DNA of 64,000 bases, from positions 369,313 through 433,312 of the forward strand of contig NIVC01000330.1 of NCBI GenBank assembly GCA_002269645.1, written 5' to 3'. Both the position numbers and the translations under genes were made by a program. The first letter of the stretch is position 1; each line of letters starts with the position of its first letter. The stretch is from Macrostomum lignano (lineage: Eukaryota). Shown here one piece after another: positions 25,745 to 38,182 of the stretch. A model generated the notes under the pieces. That model made no database searches, was not told where the DNA came from, and saw only the letters and a list, made by a program, of their open reading frames with translations.

Positions 25745-27310
25745 TGAGGGGTATCCCAGAAGTAGTGTCACTTTTGCATGTAAAATGGTTTCTAAAAGAA
25801 CACTTAACTTAATAGAGCATGGCATTAAAAAGCGGTACAATCTAGCAACATTTTAATGATTGAATTTTGAAAATCAAACAAACAAAGAAAGTTACAAACA
25901 GAAACAGTTCCACATAAAACCCACAAAGCAATTTTAAACACAGTAATGCATCTATTCATAATCTTTTATGGGCATCATCTTCTCGACATAGTCACCATGC
26001 AGCTAGATGCACTTCTGCCATTGTTGTTGAAGTGAATTAATTGTATTGGCATAAAACTGTGGCTGAATATGATGAACCAGTGACTGACGCACAGCATCCA
26101 CAATGCAGGCTCGATTCTTGTAGACATGACCTTGCAGCAGTTGCTTTAAGTGGGGGAACACAGCGAAGTCCAGCGGAGCCAAGTTAGGTGAGTATGGTGG
26201 GTGGGGCAAGATGTTAAAGTGCAGCTTCTCTAGAGCCTCCTGAGTCCGTCTGGCTATATGTGGCTTGGTGTTATCATGGAGCAGAATTAGTGGCTGTTGA
26301 CCTCCATGCCTCCTGTTGCTGATGTTTCGCCAAAGTTTGTTTAGGGTTTAGACATAACAGTTGACCATCGTGTTGGGCTCCAAGAAGTCAATTGTAAGAG
26401 GACCACGCAAATCAAAGAAAACCAATGTCATGATCTTCTGAGCATGCAGTTGCTGCTATGCTTTGATTGGAGGATTTGATCCCTTTATTGTCCAGACCAT
26501 GTACTACAAATTGGTAAGAGGATTGAAGTGAGGGATCCATGTCTCATCACCAGTGACAATGTGCTCCCTGAAGTTCTACCATCCAAGCTGATTTGCAGGG
26601 TCCAGGTTTGCTTGGCAAAACACCATGCGCTGTCTTTTCAACTCCTCCATTAAAAGTCGCGGCACCCAATGAGCACTAAGCTTCACTAGTCCCATGCTAC
26701 CAACAATGCTATGGTGCACACTGATTTAGGGGTGTTCAGTCTATTAGAAATCTGCCAGATGGTGTAGCGAGGATCTTCCAGCAAATCCAAGATCTGGTCA
26801 GGCAGCTCTTTGGATACAGAAGTCAAAGGGCATCCACTTTTTGGCAAGTTGGAAATGCACTGGCGGCTAGCCTTGAACTGCTTTATCCACTGGTAGACTG
26901 TTTTTCAACTGATAGCATCAGAACCATGAATGCGTGTCAGATTGTTGTGAATTTCAGGCATTTTTGGCTGAGACTCCCGAGTGTAAAAATTCTCTGCCCT
27001 TCTAATAAGTGAATGTTAGCCTCCATGCCTGGAACAAGCCTTGCTGCTATTGCTGCTTTCTGATTCTGCTGCTCCATATGCTATTCTTCTATGCAAGCAT
27101 AAAAGTAGTCATATGTATTTCTATGGTCAAGAGTACGCAAACAAATGCATGCTGCCTAGAGCAGGCTATATATATGAAGCTAGGACTTTTGGTGAATGAA
27201 AGCTAAAATAAGCCGCTTACTCAACCAATATGGCAATATGAAAAAAAATTAACATGCATTCTTACTTATGGCAGAAAGCAAATGTGACACTACTTTTGGG
27301 ACATCCCTCA
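25745..27310 (-). mobile_element. Decayed mariner transposon
   Basis: TIRs gaggggtatcccagaagtagtgtcacttttgc / reverse complement gagggatgtcccaaaagtagtgtcacatttgc; minus-strand remnants WVPRLL, IVTGDETW, LLHDNTKPH and HPPYSPNLAPLDF. Confidence 0.88.
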
Positions 27311-29594
27311 TATTTTAAGTATAAATAAATACTTTTAAGACACTTAAGCCTGATTAAGCACTAATTCTATACTTCAAAACTTATTGTAATGCATCTGACA
27401 CCAGAAAGTTGCAATAGTCTGGCTAGAATGTTTGAACATTTTTTGACTTAAAAAAAATTTATGGTTGAGTCTAAACATCAATGATCTTTGACAAGTTGAC
27501 AAATAACAAATAACTAAAAGTAAGGTCTTAAATTTAGCAAAGCTATGTTGCATGCTATACATGGGACTTAAAATCACAAGCCCTATTTGAATTTGAAACT
27601 TAGAGGAATTGTTGTATCAATCAATGATCAACTGAACCCAATAAAGCCATTTGGGAATATCCTATTATAGGGCCTAGGATATAGGGAATATCCTATGTAA
27701 AGCTTTTGCTGTTTGTTGGCAATTTGACCATAGAAATAATACTTTTTATTTGTTTCTGTTAAGACTCATTCATTTGTTATTATTTTGGTTTTGGCCATAG
27801 ACTATTGCAGCCTTTTGGTATTAGATACATTAATAACAAGTTTTGAAGCATAAAATTAGGGCCTGATTAAGCTTAGGTCTCTTAAAAATAGCTATTTGTA
27901 CTTAAAATAGTTCACACAGTACTTTTCTGGAGTCAAAATAATTTAACAAATGGAACTTAACAATTGCCAAAAAACTCACTATGTTCATGTTCATTATAAT
28001 TTATAGGCCTTATATTTTTTGGAAAGAACTGCTTTGTAAAATTTTTCTAAGAAATGGGGTTTCCCATCCTTGGATATCTGAGTAGTCCTTTGTGCATTAC
28101 TGTATATGCATGTTACAGCATGTAGAATGTCAATACAACTCTAAGATGTACATATTTTTATTACTTTTTCGTACATTTTTAACAAAATTATTTTTAACAA
28201 ATGTACATTTTGACAAATACAAGTCTAATACATGTGGACTTGTAATTGTTATGACTGTCGCTTTTTTGATCGGTTCCCAGCAACAGCAATTAGACCATGT
28301 CTTACAAAAATAATCACAAATTTACTCAATTGAGATCTACATTCTTTTAATCATGTTTTTCTTTCTATTCTTTGATAAGTCGCAAGCAATTCAGTCTAAA
28401 GGAGACTCTTACGCTGATTGTAATTTATTTTTCGAGATTAGGGTTCCTTTAATCATGTTACACTTACAGACCGACCGACACGACACTCACTACTTGTTAT
28501 ATTTGCAGGTTCAGACGTAACGTACGACACGAGCTCTCGGTTCATTTATTCTTTTTTTTAACTTAATACAATATCGACACCTGATAAAACTTTTTCGGTA
28601 AAACAGGAAATAGAAAACGTAAATATTTTAGAATTTGTTTTTTATAAGGTAATCTTATAGCAGAAAAACATTTATTTTGAAAAACTTTTGTTTTGCTTCT
28701 CTGCATCCAACTTAAAACCGGAAGAAAAAACACGTAGGGAAATGAAACATTCTATGATTTTTTAAAGCTCTGCACGAATATATATAAAAAAACTAAGCAG
28801 CTTGTGTATACTCAAACACAAAATAAATTGGCTGTTTCACACCTTGTCAACCGACATGTATTATTGTAGTCTCCGAAATGGCGAAATCAATATTCTCAGG
28901 TCAATTGCCAAAACAAATCCCTGGGCTCTGCCTGGATTTGTCACTTTTTACTGCTATTATTCGTGATGAATTCGTGCTATACATTTACCTGCAAGTTTCA
29001 CCAGAACTGCAGTGTAAATAATCTATTAAATGTGTCATTTCTTCCGGGCGGTTACCAAAATTTACGTATTAACCTTACAATTGTCTGGATAGACACGAAG
29101 TAGCTCACACACTACTTGATGCTGTTGTTACAATACGAAGTAGTATTTCGGTGCATTATGTTATCTTGAAATTTATTTTACGACGGCACGGAAAATAAGT
29201 GAAACAATTTTTACGAAAGAAATGTTTTCTCTGAACATAGGGATAAAAATTAATTGAAAAAACTGGATATTTTGAAAATTGAACATAAAGCGGAACTTTG
29301 CAAATAGGTAAAACAAGTTATTGCATTTTGGAAGAGTCAGTTTAACTTGAATTTACGAGCTTTTTTTGTATTTTTATCAAAGAAACATAAATGCGCAAGA
29401 GGCATACAGGGAAATGCCTGTGGCAAATTTAACCTATTGATTTTATTGACAAAAGTTAATAAACCAGTCGAACAACAGTTCAGTGATTCGGGTGATTGTA
29501 AAATAAATCAGATTGCACGTGAAACTAAATTGAAAACCGGAATATGGAAAAAAGCTTTCAATCTTGAATCATATTACGCACTATAGATATAATA

Positions 29595-30239
29595 TCAAAG
29601 TAAATTTTCCGCAGTTGAAGACATCGCCACTTTGGCTTGCTTAGCCGAGGTCGGACCGTCCGACACAGCTGCCGCCGACTTGCTGCTCGCCGATGCATCA
29701 TTCGCGGCGTCAGCGCTCGCATTCTCATCGTTTTCATCCGGTAGGTCGTCGCCGGGCTCGCCAGTCTCGGCGGCAGCGGCGTGCCGCAGCGTCCATTCGC
29801 GAGCGCGCCGTTCAAACGCCGGCCGGTCGGTGACGAACTGCCGGGCCAGCTCGGCCTCCAGCGGATCGTCCGGATTCGGCGTCCGCATCAGCAGGCGAAG
29901 CTGCAGCAGGAGGCCGCGCAGGCTCATGGCTGGCGACCAGGAGCCGGCGGGCTGCGGCTTCAAGCTGTCCAGGCAGATCCGGCCGGCGGAGTCGATGTTC
30001 GGGTGCAGTATGGCCGTCTTGAAACGCATAGCCGGCGGCTCGAACGGATAACGAGGCGGGATTAGCAGCTCCAGGCGGAAGCGGCCGCCGGCGTATGGCG
30101 TATCCTCGTCGCCAGTAAGCAGCACCACCAGCTGGTCGGGCCTGTCCGGTACGCGCTGCACTCTGCAGCCGGGCAGCGGGTCTGTCAGCAGCTGCTGCAG
30201 CTCGCGGGCCAGTCGGCTCTGCTTAGCATTGGCTGCCAT
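29595..30239 (-). CDS. UBE2T: Ubiquitin-conjugating enzyme E2 T (FANCT), intronless, 214 aa
   Basis: UBC fold PPRYPFEPP...HPNIDSAGRICLDSLK.QPAGSWSP...PNPDDPL, closely matching the UBE2T signature HPNIDSAGRICLD...KGAW; low-complexity C-terminal tail. Confidence 0.88.
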   Translation of the reverse strand: MAANAKQSRLARELQQLLTDPLPGCRVQRVPDRPDQLVVLLTGDEDTPYAGGRFRLELLIPPRYPFEPPAMRFKTAILHPNIDSAGRICLDSLKPQPAGSWSPAMSLRGLLLQLRLLMRTPNPDDPLEAELARQFVTDRPAFERRAREWTLRHAAAAETGEPGDDLPDENDENASADAANDASASSKSAAAVSDGPTSAKQAKVAMSSTAENLL

Positions 30240-30756
30240 ATGGAGAGCTAATTGAACTGTTTTACAGGAAAATCAGTGGGCAGAAAGTGTGAATAAAAAT
30301 AATTATCCAATTGTTCACGCGTGATCTGCTGCCATTACAGCGTATTTAGCCAACTAGTTCACTGAATCAGTAGTTTACAGTCTCTAGGAGGGGGGGGGGT
30401 ATTCCAATAATACTTAGATAGAATTTTTCTCAGTAGATTAAAGACATATTTGCTAACACTGAGTGGTATTACTGAGGGGCTGGTTATGTACACTGAGGGG
30501 TATTACTGAAGGGGTATCCTCGTTCACTAAATGGGTAGTCGCTTACAGTACTCAAACGGGACGAGATGGGATAAGATTTTCTGCGACGGGATCTCGGGAC
30601 CAGGTCGGGAGGGGATTTGACAATTGTCACCATCGGAACATCCATAAAAAAGGAGTACTATCGTAGCCTACAGACAGCTATAAACCTCAGGCTACGGGAG
30701 CAACTTATTGTCTATAATAGATTGTTTCCCGTTTTTATTCACTGAGTATTCTTCAA

Positions 30757-31625
30757 TCACTGAATGGGTAGCTATTTACGCACTGAAGGTCTTCCTCATT
30801 CACTGAATGGGTAGCTGCTTACGCACTGAAGGTCTTCCTCATTCACTGAATGGGTAGCTGCTTACGCACTGAAGGTCTTCCTCATTCACTGAATGGGTAG
30901 CTGCTTACGCACTGGGGTCTTCCTCATTCACTGAATGGGTAGCTGCTTACGCACTGAGGGTCTTCCTCATTCACTGAATGGGTAGCTGCTTACGCACTGA
31001 AGGTCTTCCTCATTCACTGAATGGGTAGCTGCTTACGCACTGAAGGTCTTCCTCATTCACTGAATGGGTAGCTGCTTACGCACTGAGGGTCTTCCTCATT
31101 CACTGAATGGGTAGCTGCTTACGCACTGAGGGTCTTTCTCATTCACTGAATGGGTAGCTGCTTACGCACTGAGGGTCTTCCTCATTCACTGAATGGGTAG
31201 CTGCTTACGCACTGAGGGTCTTCCTCATTCACTGAATGGGTAGCTGCTTACGCACTGAGGGTCTTCCTCATTCACTGAATGGGTAGCTGCTTACGCACTG
31301 AGGGTCTTCCTCATTCACTGAATGGGTAGCTGCTTACGCACTGAGGGTCTTCCTCATTCACTGAATGGGTAGCTGCTTACGCACTGAGGGTCTTCTCATT
31401 CACTGAATGGGTAGCTGCTTACGCACTGAGGGTCTTCTCATTCACTGAATGGGTAGCTGCTTACGCACTGAGGGTCTTCTCATTCACTGAATGGGTAGCT
31501 GCTTACGCACTGAGGGTCTTCTCATTCACTGAATGGGTAGCTGCTTACGCACTGAGGGTCTTCTCATTCACTGAATGGGTAGCTGCTTACGCACTGAGGG
31601 TCTTCTCATTCACTGAATGGGTAGC
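30757..31625. repeat. 43/42-bp minisatellite, about 20 copies, between MSH6 and UBE2T
   Basis: Unit cactgaatgggtagctgcttacgcactgagggtcttcctcatt. Confidence 0.95.
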
Positions 31626-32291
31626 TGTTTGATATTTAGGTGCGGTTTCAGATCATAACTAAATTGAAGCAATCAATGCTGGTCCTCTAGATGTCACCGC
31701 TCATATAAAATCTGAAACCAAGACAGAAAATCGTAATGAAAGAACAAAAGCCATTGCCGTCATTCGACTTGCGTCATCCTTTATTATTTGTTAGAAAAAA
31801 ATAACTATGATATTTGTTATCGGCCTAAATGCACAAAGCTTCAACCGGGCATAAAAGACGTAAGCATGAAAATGAGATTTTCATTATTCAGTTTGACTGC
31901 ACACAATTTACTTTTTATATCAAAGAGATGGTAGGTGATTTTGAATAGACACAACACAAAGGAAAAGCTCAGTTATAGCTGGTAGAGAAACCTTCCTTGA
32001 GGCAAACTATAACATCAGATTGAACTACAATGATAAAAATTGTAAATTGCAAAATAGGATTCGAGCTACAAAAAGACTTAATCGAATTGGGAAATTCTAT
32101 CCTTTCGGGCTAGGGGGGGGGAAATAATAAAAAACTATAGACTATGACAACTAATAGTTTGTCTTCAGTAGGTTGATGCAACAGACGAACTGTCTGCCGT
32201 CTTATAAAAAAAAACTGTTTGAGAAGAAGCCGCCCGAACAGAGCAGCTTGAGCTTGCTTAGCAGTCAGCGAGGCTGTCAGCCACCCCCCAG

Positions 32292-32549
32292 CTAGCCACT
32301 GCGAAAGGCAGCCAAATCGGCCGCCGCGAGGCGCCCGGCTCTGGCGTGCACTAGCAGCTTCACTACGGCCACCTGTCGCTCCAGCTGGCGGGCCCGGGCC
32401 ACGGCGCGCCGGACAACATCGGCTGGAAGGCCGGCCAGACGGGCTGCGTTGAAACCGTAGCTTCGGGGGCAGGCGCCGGGCCGCAGCTTGTACAGAAAAG
32501 TGATCGACTCGCTGCCGACGTCGTCTTCGCCCTCGCCGTCGCGCTCCAC
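32292..32549 (-). CDS. MSH6: MSH6 exon 14 (C-terminal, stop)
   Basis: TFLYKLRPGACPRSYGFNAARLAGLP helix-turn-helix motif; acttag acceptor; TAG stop. Confidence 0.93.
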   Translation of the reverse strand: MERDGEGEDDVGSESITFLYKLRPGACPRSYGFNAARLAGLPADVVRRAVARARQLERQVAVVKLLVHARAGRLAAADLAAFRSG

Positions 32550-32551
32550 CT

Positions 32552-32872
<321 letters not shown>

Positions 32873-32963
32873 CATTAGACCCATTAAACTATCCTGATTT
32901 TATTTTTGGGACTAGTAGTAGCACGCTCACGCTGAGCACCAGACAAGAGCAATATGCACTCAC

Positions 32964-33217
32964 CTGGCAGGCCATGTGGCCCAGCTTGACGCGCGGATCA
33001 CCAATGAACTCTTCAACCAGAAAGTGGTAGTGCGTCGAGAACAGGGTGCGGCAGCGGATGGTGTGCGCCAGTTCGCGTACAACACCGTAGGCAACGGCGG
33101 TGCCGTCGTAAGTTGACGTGCCGCGGCCGAGTTCGTCTAGCAGCACCAGCGAGTGTCGGGTGGCGTGGCGCAGTATGGCTGACGTCTCGGACATCTCCAC
33201 TAGGAAGGTGCTCTCGC
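32964..33217 (-). CDS. MSH6: MSH6 exon 13 (ATPase, Walker B)
   Basis: [12 protein letters not shown]...[14 protein letters not shown]...FSTHYH; phase 1 to 0. Confidence 0.95.
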
Positions 33218-33283
33218 CTGCGAGCAGAAGGACGGATATTATTGTTAATGACAACCGCGGATGCAAGTGAAAGCGATAGACAG

Positions 33284-33590
33284 ATAATAATAATTAATAA
33301 TAATTGATTGCACTTGCCCTAATGAGCAGATGTGCAACCGACAGCTCAGCCGCAGCTATTGCGCGGCGCATCTGAAGGCTGCGTACGGCTGTTCAGTCCA
33401 AGGACTGGGGGGTCGCCACACACCCCAATTACCTCGGCTAATGCTGGCACCAATTTAAAACTGGGTAAACTGAAGCAATGCAGAGTGAAGTGTCTAGCTC
33501 AAGGACACAAATTGTTCCAAGTGGGTCGAGAATCGAACCCCCGACCTTTCAGTCGTGAGTCTGACGCTCTAACGACTAGACTACAATCCT
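33284..33590 (-). mobile_element. tRNA-derived SINE copy
   Basis: Minus strand reads tgtagtctagtcgttagagcg (A box) ... ggttcgattc (B box) ... gtgtccttgagctagacac, ending in an (ATT)n tail; matches four other copies in the window. Confidence 0.85.
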
Positions 33591-33635
33591 AATAGGCAGA
33601 AGTAATTTAATTAGGTTTTAAAGCTCAATAATTAC

Positions 33636-33723
33636 CTGTCATAATGCGATCCGACGCGCCTAGCCGAGTGAAAATTCTATCGACAGGTGTTAGGGTGCAC
33701 TCTTCGGCCGGCACGTAGCAGCC
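33636..33723 (-). CDS. MSH6: MSH6 exon 12
   Basis: [29 protein letters not shown]; 88 bp, phase 0 to 1. Confidence 0.93.
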
Positions 33724-34780
33724 CTGAAGCAATTGTGTAGATTGGATTTGGTTTACATCCAGTTATTCACATTAGATATGGACTTTTAATTGACTTAATG
33801 GTACTTTCTGGCTTTGCACTTTGTTCACTTTACTGAATTTTACCAAGCAAAGTCCAATAAAAGCCCAGTACATTACATTTGATTAAATATCTACCGCCAG
33901 CCAACTATGGCAAGAAAACATCGTGCACAAGTCGGGGTGGGGCTAATTGCCGATGTATTAACCCAGCACCAGACGGCAGAACAGGCCAAATGCGAGCTAC
34001 TAGCAGCAACAGCAGGAGCACTAAACTAACCGCTCGATCAGATGCACCCAACAGCATCGCTTTGGAAAAAAAGCTAGGTTATCGCTAGTGGGTGAAATGA
34101 ATTCAGCAAGATAGGCGGTAGGCAGGTACAGAGGGGGAAGAGAGAGAGAAATGGAGTGAGCAAGACTGCGGGCTCCACCCATGGATATTTACCCCGCTTT
34201 ACACTCAATAAATTGAATTGAATGCGCATAGAATACAGTCAGTGAAGGGGTTGCACGGGCAACAGGGAATGGAATGGCAAAGGGGAAGGGGAGAAGGGAA
34301 TGATGGGATTCTGGGTTGCAAGACAGCATAGGTTGAGACAGAGAGAAGAATCACGAAAAACGGGGGAGGAAAAATGTAAAGATGACTTAGATTCTAGGGC
34401 GTGGGGCAGAAGGCTTTAGTGATGAGGCGGGGAGGAACTGCGGAGCTGGTGAGCAGACGAGAGAGCGAATCGAATCTCAGACCGGATAGAAAGGCAAAAT
34501 GGGGCGAGGCTCAGACAGCAAGATGAGACGGACGCAATGAGTGGGAGGATAAAAGAAATAATCAGCCCGGCAGAGTATTCCCCAGAGCTAAGCGGACGCA
34601 CTACTGTATAGTGGAAGTGAACTCCAAGAGAATTGTCTGTTAAATCGGCTGTTTACGCCAAGTTACCTACGTGAAAGGAAGCCATTATTAGCTCTATAGG
34701 GGCTTAGCGCAGGTTACCGACCCAGCGTGAGATGGGATACCGCATCAACGCGACGCCAAGCAGAGCAGAGCAGCATTAAC

Positions 34781-36115
34781 ATGGGCCAGCGGTACTCAAG
34801 CTTCACAGGATCTCTGCCGCATTATACCAGACTGTCGCAGACATCAACCTTGGCGATGTTGCACGACGCCATCGTTGAAGGTGACAGCGAAGTGGCTAAT
34901 CAGTTAATAGACGCGCTGCGCGTCGATGGAGGCGCGCGGACGTTCGGTGCAAAGCGTCGCAAAAAAGCACGTCGACAGCAGCAGAGAGAGCAGCAGCAAC
35001 TGTACTTGGACTACCGCGGCGAGACCCGATTTGGCATTGAGATTCGGTATTCACAGACAGCCCTAGCTTTGGCTATACAGTTCGGCCAGTGGGATACATT
35101 CAAGGATCTGATATTGTGCGGACTATCGCCAAGGGCGCAGCAGCGCATGCTAGTGCCTGGACACAATGGCCAGTCAAGCACTCGAGACTTTGAGAATGCG
35201 TTGGATCTGTTCGTCTGGGCGTTAACGAAGGTAAGATTTGTAAAAATGATACATCAAATACTAAAAGAATTTCTAACAGCAAAATTTGAATTATCAATAC
35301 GACCCAACCAGGCGTCGTACTATCCGCCCTACTTGTCCGAGGAGCAAGTGATCGAACTGATCTGGGTAATTTTGCGCCACGGTGTGTCGCCAGACAGCCT
35401 TCCTGGCCAGCTGCTGCACAGGGTGTGCCAAGCTGCCGTGCTCGACCTAATAGGATCTTCCCTACTCGACATGGAGACCAGCACGGTGCTGCAACGCTCG
35501 GCGCTCAGCATCCTGTGCTGCTTGTTACAGCACGGCATGAACCTGAACGATGGCGCCATTAGTAATTTGCAACCGCTGTACCATCTAGTCCTCTGTTACT
35601 TAGCTAATCCTGCAGCGAGTCTGGCACAGCAGCTGCGTAGCAACAGCAAGCTTCGCTTGGCCCTGTGCATCATAATTAACGCCGCGTGCAATAGCAATAC
35701 CGGCTTGCCCAGCGTGACTGCCGCTGGATTAACAAATCGCAGTTGGAGGAGCACAGCCTCTCTGTGGTATAACTACGCTAAGATGCACGGACAGCAGCGG
35801 AAGACAATGCTAGTGGACGAAGAGGACGTGGCCCGAATACTGCGAGCCCACTGGGCGGTCACGGAGACCTGTGGCGGTCGGCCCGCCCGACTGGCCCTGC
35901 TAGCCAGGAACCACATCCGCTGGGCACTAATAGCCAAGAATGGCAACGCCGAAACGTACAAAGACTTGTCGACGAGAATGGCTGAACTGCCGGGGCGCTG
36001 GCGACTGTGCCGAATGGTGGAATTCATGGACGAGGAGTTTCTAGCGCCAGAGATTAGTGCCATACTGAGCCGAGTGACGTCCGATAGTGACCAGTTTGCA
36101 GCATGCTTGCCGTGA
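34781..36115 (+). CDS. Ankyrin-like / C-terminal SOCS-box-like protein nested antisense in MSH6 intron 11; probable 81-bp intron at 35231-35311 (417 aa spliced)
   Basis: Long ORF; ankyrin-like LHDAIVEGDSEVANQLI and QTALALAIQFGQWDTFKDLILCG; SOCS-like PARLALLARNHIRWAL...ELP.RWRLCRMV; the internal AT-rich segment is bounded by GTAAG...CCAG. Confidence 0.72.
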   Translation: MGQRYSSFTGSLPHYTRLSQTSTLAMLHDAIVEGDSEVANQLIDALRVDGGARTFGAKRRKKARRQQQREQQQLYLDYRGETRFGIEIRYSQTALALAIQFGQWDTFKDLILCGLSPRAQQRMLVPGHNGQSSTRDFENALDLFVWALTKVRFVKMIHQILKEFLTAKFELSIRPNQASYYPPYLSEEQVIELIWVILRHGVSPDSLPGQLLHRVCQAAVLDLIGSSLLDMETSTVLQRSALSILCCLLQHGMNLNDGAISNLQPLYHLVLCYLANPAASLAQQLRSNSKLRLALCIIINAACNSNTGLPSVTAAGLTNRSWRSTASLWYNYAKMHGQQRKTMLVDEEDVARILRAHWAVTETCGGRPARLALLARNHIRWALIAKNGNAETYKDLSTRMAELPGRWRLCRMVEFMDEEFLAPEISAILSRVTSDSDQFAACLP

Positions 36116-36649
36116 AATAAGCCTTAGTTTACACATTATAGATTTCACTTGCTTCTGACTACTTAATTTAGTCAGATCACTTCCGGACATATGGTCTCGA
36201 CACTCAAGTCAAAAATATTACAATCGGCTTTCTTGTATTTGGAAACAAAACTAACTGCGATTACATTGTCTGTCTGTAACTACCAAATTCATTTTCCAGT
36301 TGATACTTCCGATCACCCCAGATCAAGTTTTTGTACCAGCCGCGTCTCAGTTTCTACTTAGTCGTTAGATTGCAAAATGCACGCATTTTTGGTATCACAA
36401 TTTAAATGGAACTGTCACCTGCTACCAATTGGTAGCATTGTGACCATCGGACGTCACTGAATATGCTTATTCAAAAGCTCTTTTTTGTAATATTCAGTTT
36501 TTTTCACTGTGTATCACGCAGAATTATTTTTAAGGCCGATTTTGAGAATCGTGTATACTTTATTAGTTGGAAAACTAATGCACTACATGTATCTTGCTGG
36601 GGTGCTTTCTATCGGGGAGGGGTGCTAGATAACTGGGGTTGCTTGCTCG

Positions 36650-36755
36650 GGGGAATTACTGAGATGTAAAGGCTTACTGAGGGAATTACTGAGATGTAAA
36701 GGCTTACTGAGGGAATTGATAAGATGTCAAGGCTTGGGGGAATTGCTAAGATATA
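36650..36755. repeat. About 30-bp short tandem array (3-4 copies) related to the 39820-40150 array
   Basis: gggaattactgagatgtaaaggcttactga. Confidence 0.7.
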
Positions 36756-37592
36756 AAGGCTGAGGTTAGAAGCTACAGGTAGTTTTTTTTTTAAATTATT
36801 ACATTCTTTGCTTGTTCCCCAACGGGGGCCGTAGATTGCTAGTAACTTCCTAGAAACAACCGAATCAAAGTATTGTTTTGAAAAAACGGCCTCCAAAACG
36901 GCACCAGAACAACATTGCCAATTTATTGTGCGTGCTTGTTGCTTATAAGAGCGCCAATCTAAACGATCCCCCTCTTTCTACTTATGCTACGACTCAGAGC
37001 AATAGGTTTCTTAGTCATGGACCGTATCTTCAGAGTTTTTTGTTATAAAAATGTGAAATCTTACATTTAAAGTTCTCTGCAGATGAAAACCACTGTCAAA
37101 GTGTGTAAGTGGTTCGAGAAAATCTTTACCCAGTTACCATGGAAACTTAACCGAATAAGTATTTTGTTGAAAACTGAGAAACTCTATTTTGCGAGATTTG
37201 ATTGCTTTGAGACAATATTTGCTTGAAGCACCGTTTGCAAAGCAGCAAAGGGAGTATGGGAGGGCAAGATCTTCAAAATGCATTTTATCCCGGTTGCCTT
37301 TGACAGCTAGCGAACAAAATATTGGAGCTCAATATTTCTAACCACAAAGTACTTCGGTGTCAAAAGCAAGAGATTCAAGCATAATGGCTGCAGCTTCGTC
37401 TTCGTTTCGTTCTGTCTCTCCGAAATATTCAGACAAGACAAGTCGGACCTTGATGGGTCGGGTCCTGCATCAGGGGTGCTAGTTGAGCAAGCAAGACAGG
37501 ACAGCCGATGTATGCTAAAGTTTGACTCCGGATAATTTTCCAAGCCAAATAGCTCTTAAATAGCTCATCAGCTCATCTGGGGGGAAGTGCTT

Positions 37593-38182
37593 TCCATCAT
37601 ACACCCGAAATATCATAGACCCGAAATATCACAAACACAAAATATCATAACTCCGAAAACCAAAATAGTGTTGGACATTGCTAGAACTTTCTAGTGATAT
37701 TTCGGGTTTATGATGGGCGTTGCTAACACTTTCGGAGTTATGATATTTCGGGTTTTTGATATTTCGGGTTTATGATGGGCAAAGCTATTTTGGTTTTCGG
37801 AGTTGTGATATTTCGGGTTTATGATGGGCGTTGCTATTGTTGCAAAAATAACAATTAAGAAAGAGCAAGGTGCTCGGGCCAGTGGCCTCCTGACTGATAT
37901 ATATTTGCTGTCTAGCTGGGCAGTCTACAAGTACGTAGCCGCCCTCACAAGTGCGTACATAGGAAAAGACTGACGGAGAGGGGTGGTTATAGGCTAATAA
38001 TAAAAATCGATAATAGAGTTAACCACTCCACTAGCATGCATGCAAAAAGAACGCAACAGCTATTAATTTCGGAGTTGTGATTTTTCGGTTCAATGATATT
38101 TCGGGTTTGTGATATTTCGGATTTATGATCGGGTTTATGATGCGAAGTGCTTTCGGAGTTGTGATTTTTCGGGTTTATGATG
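37593..38182. repeat. Cluster of gatatttcgggttt / cccgaaatatc motifs in both orientations (possible decayed MITE)
   Basis: ccatcatacacccgaaa at the left end versus tttcgggtttatgatgg at the right end; many internal copies. Confidence 0.5.
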
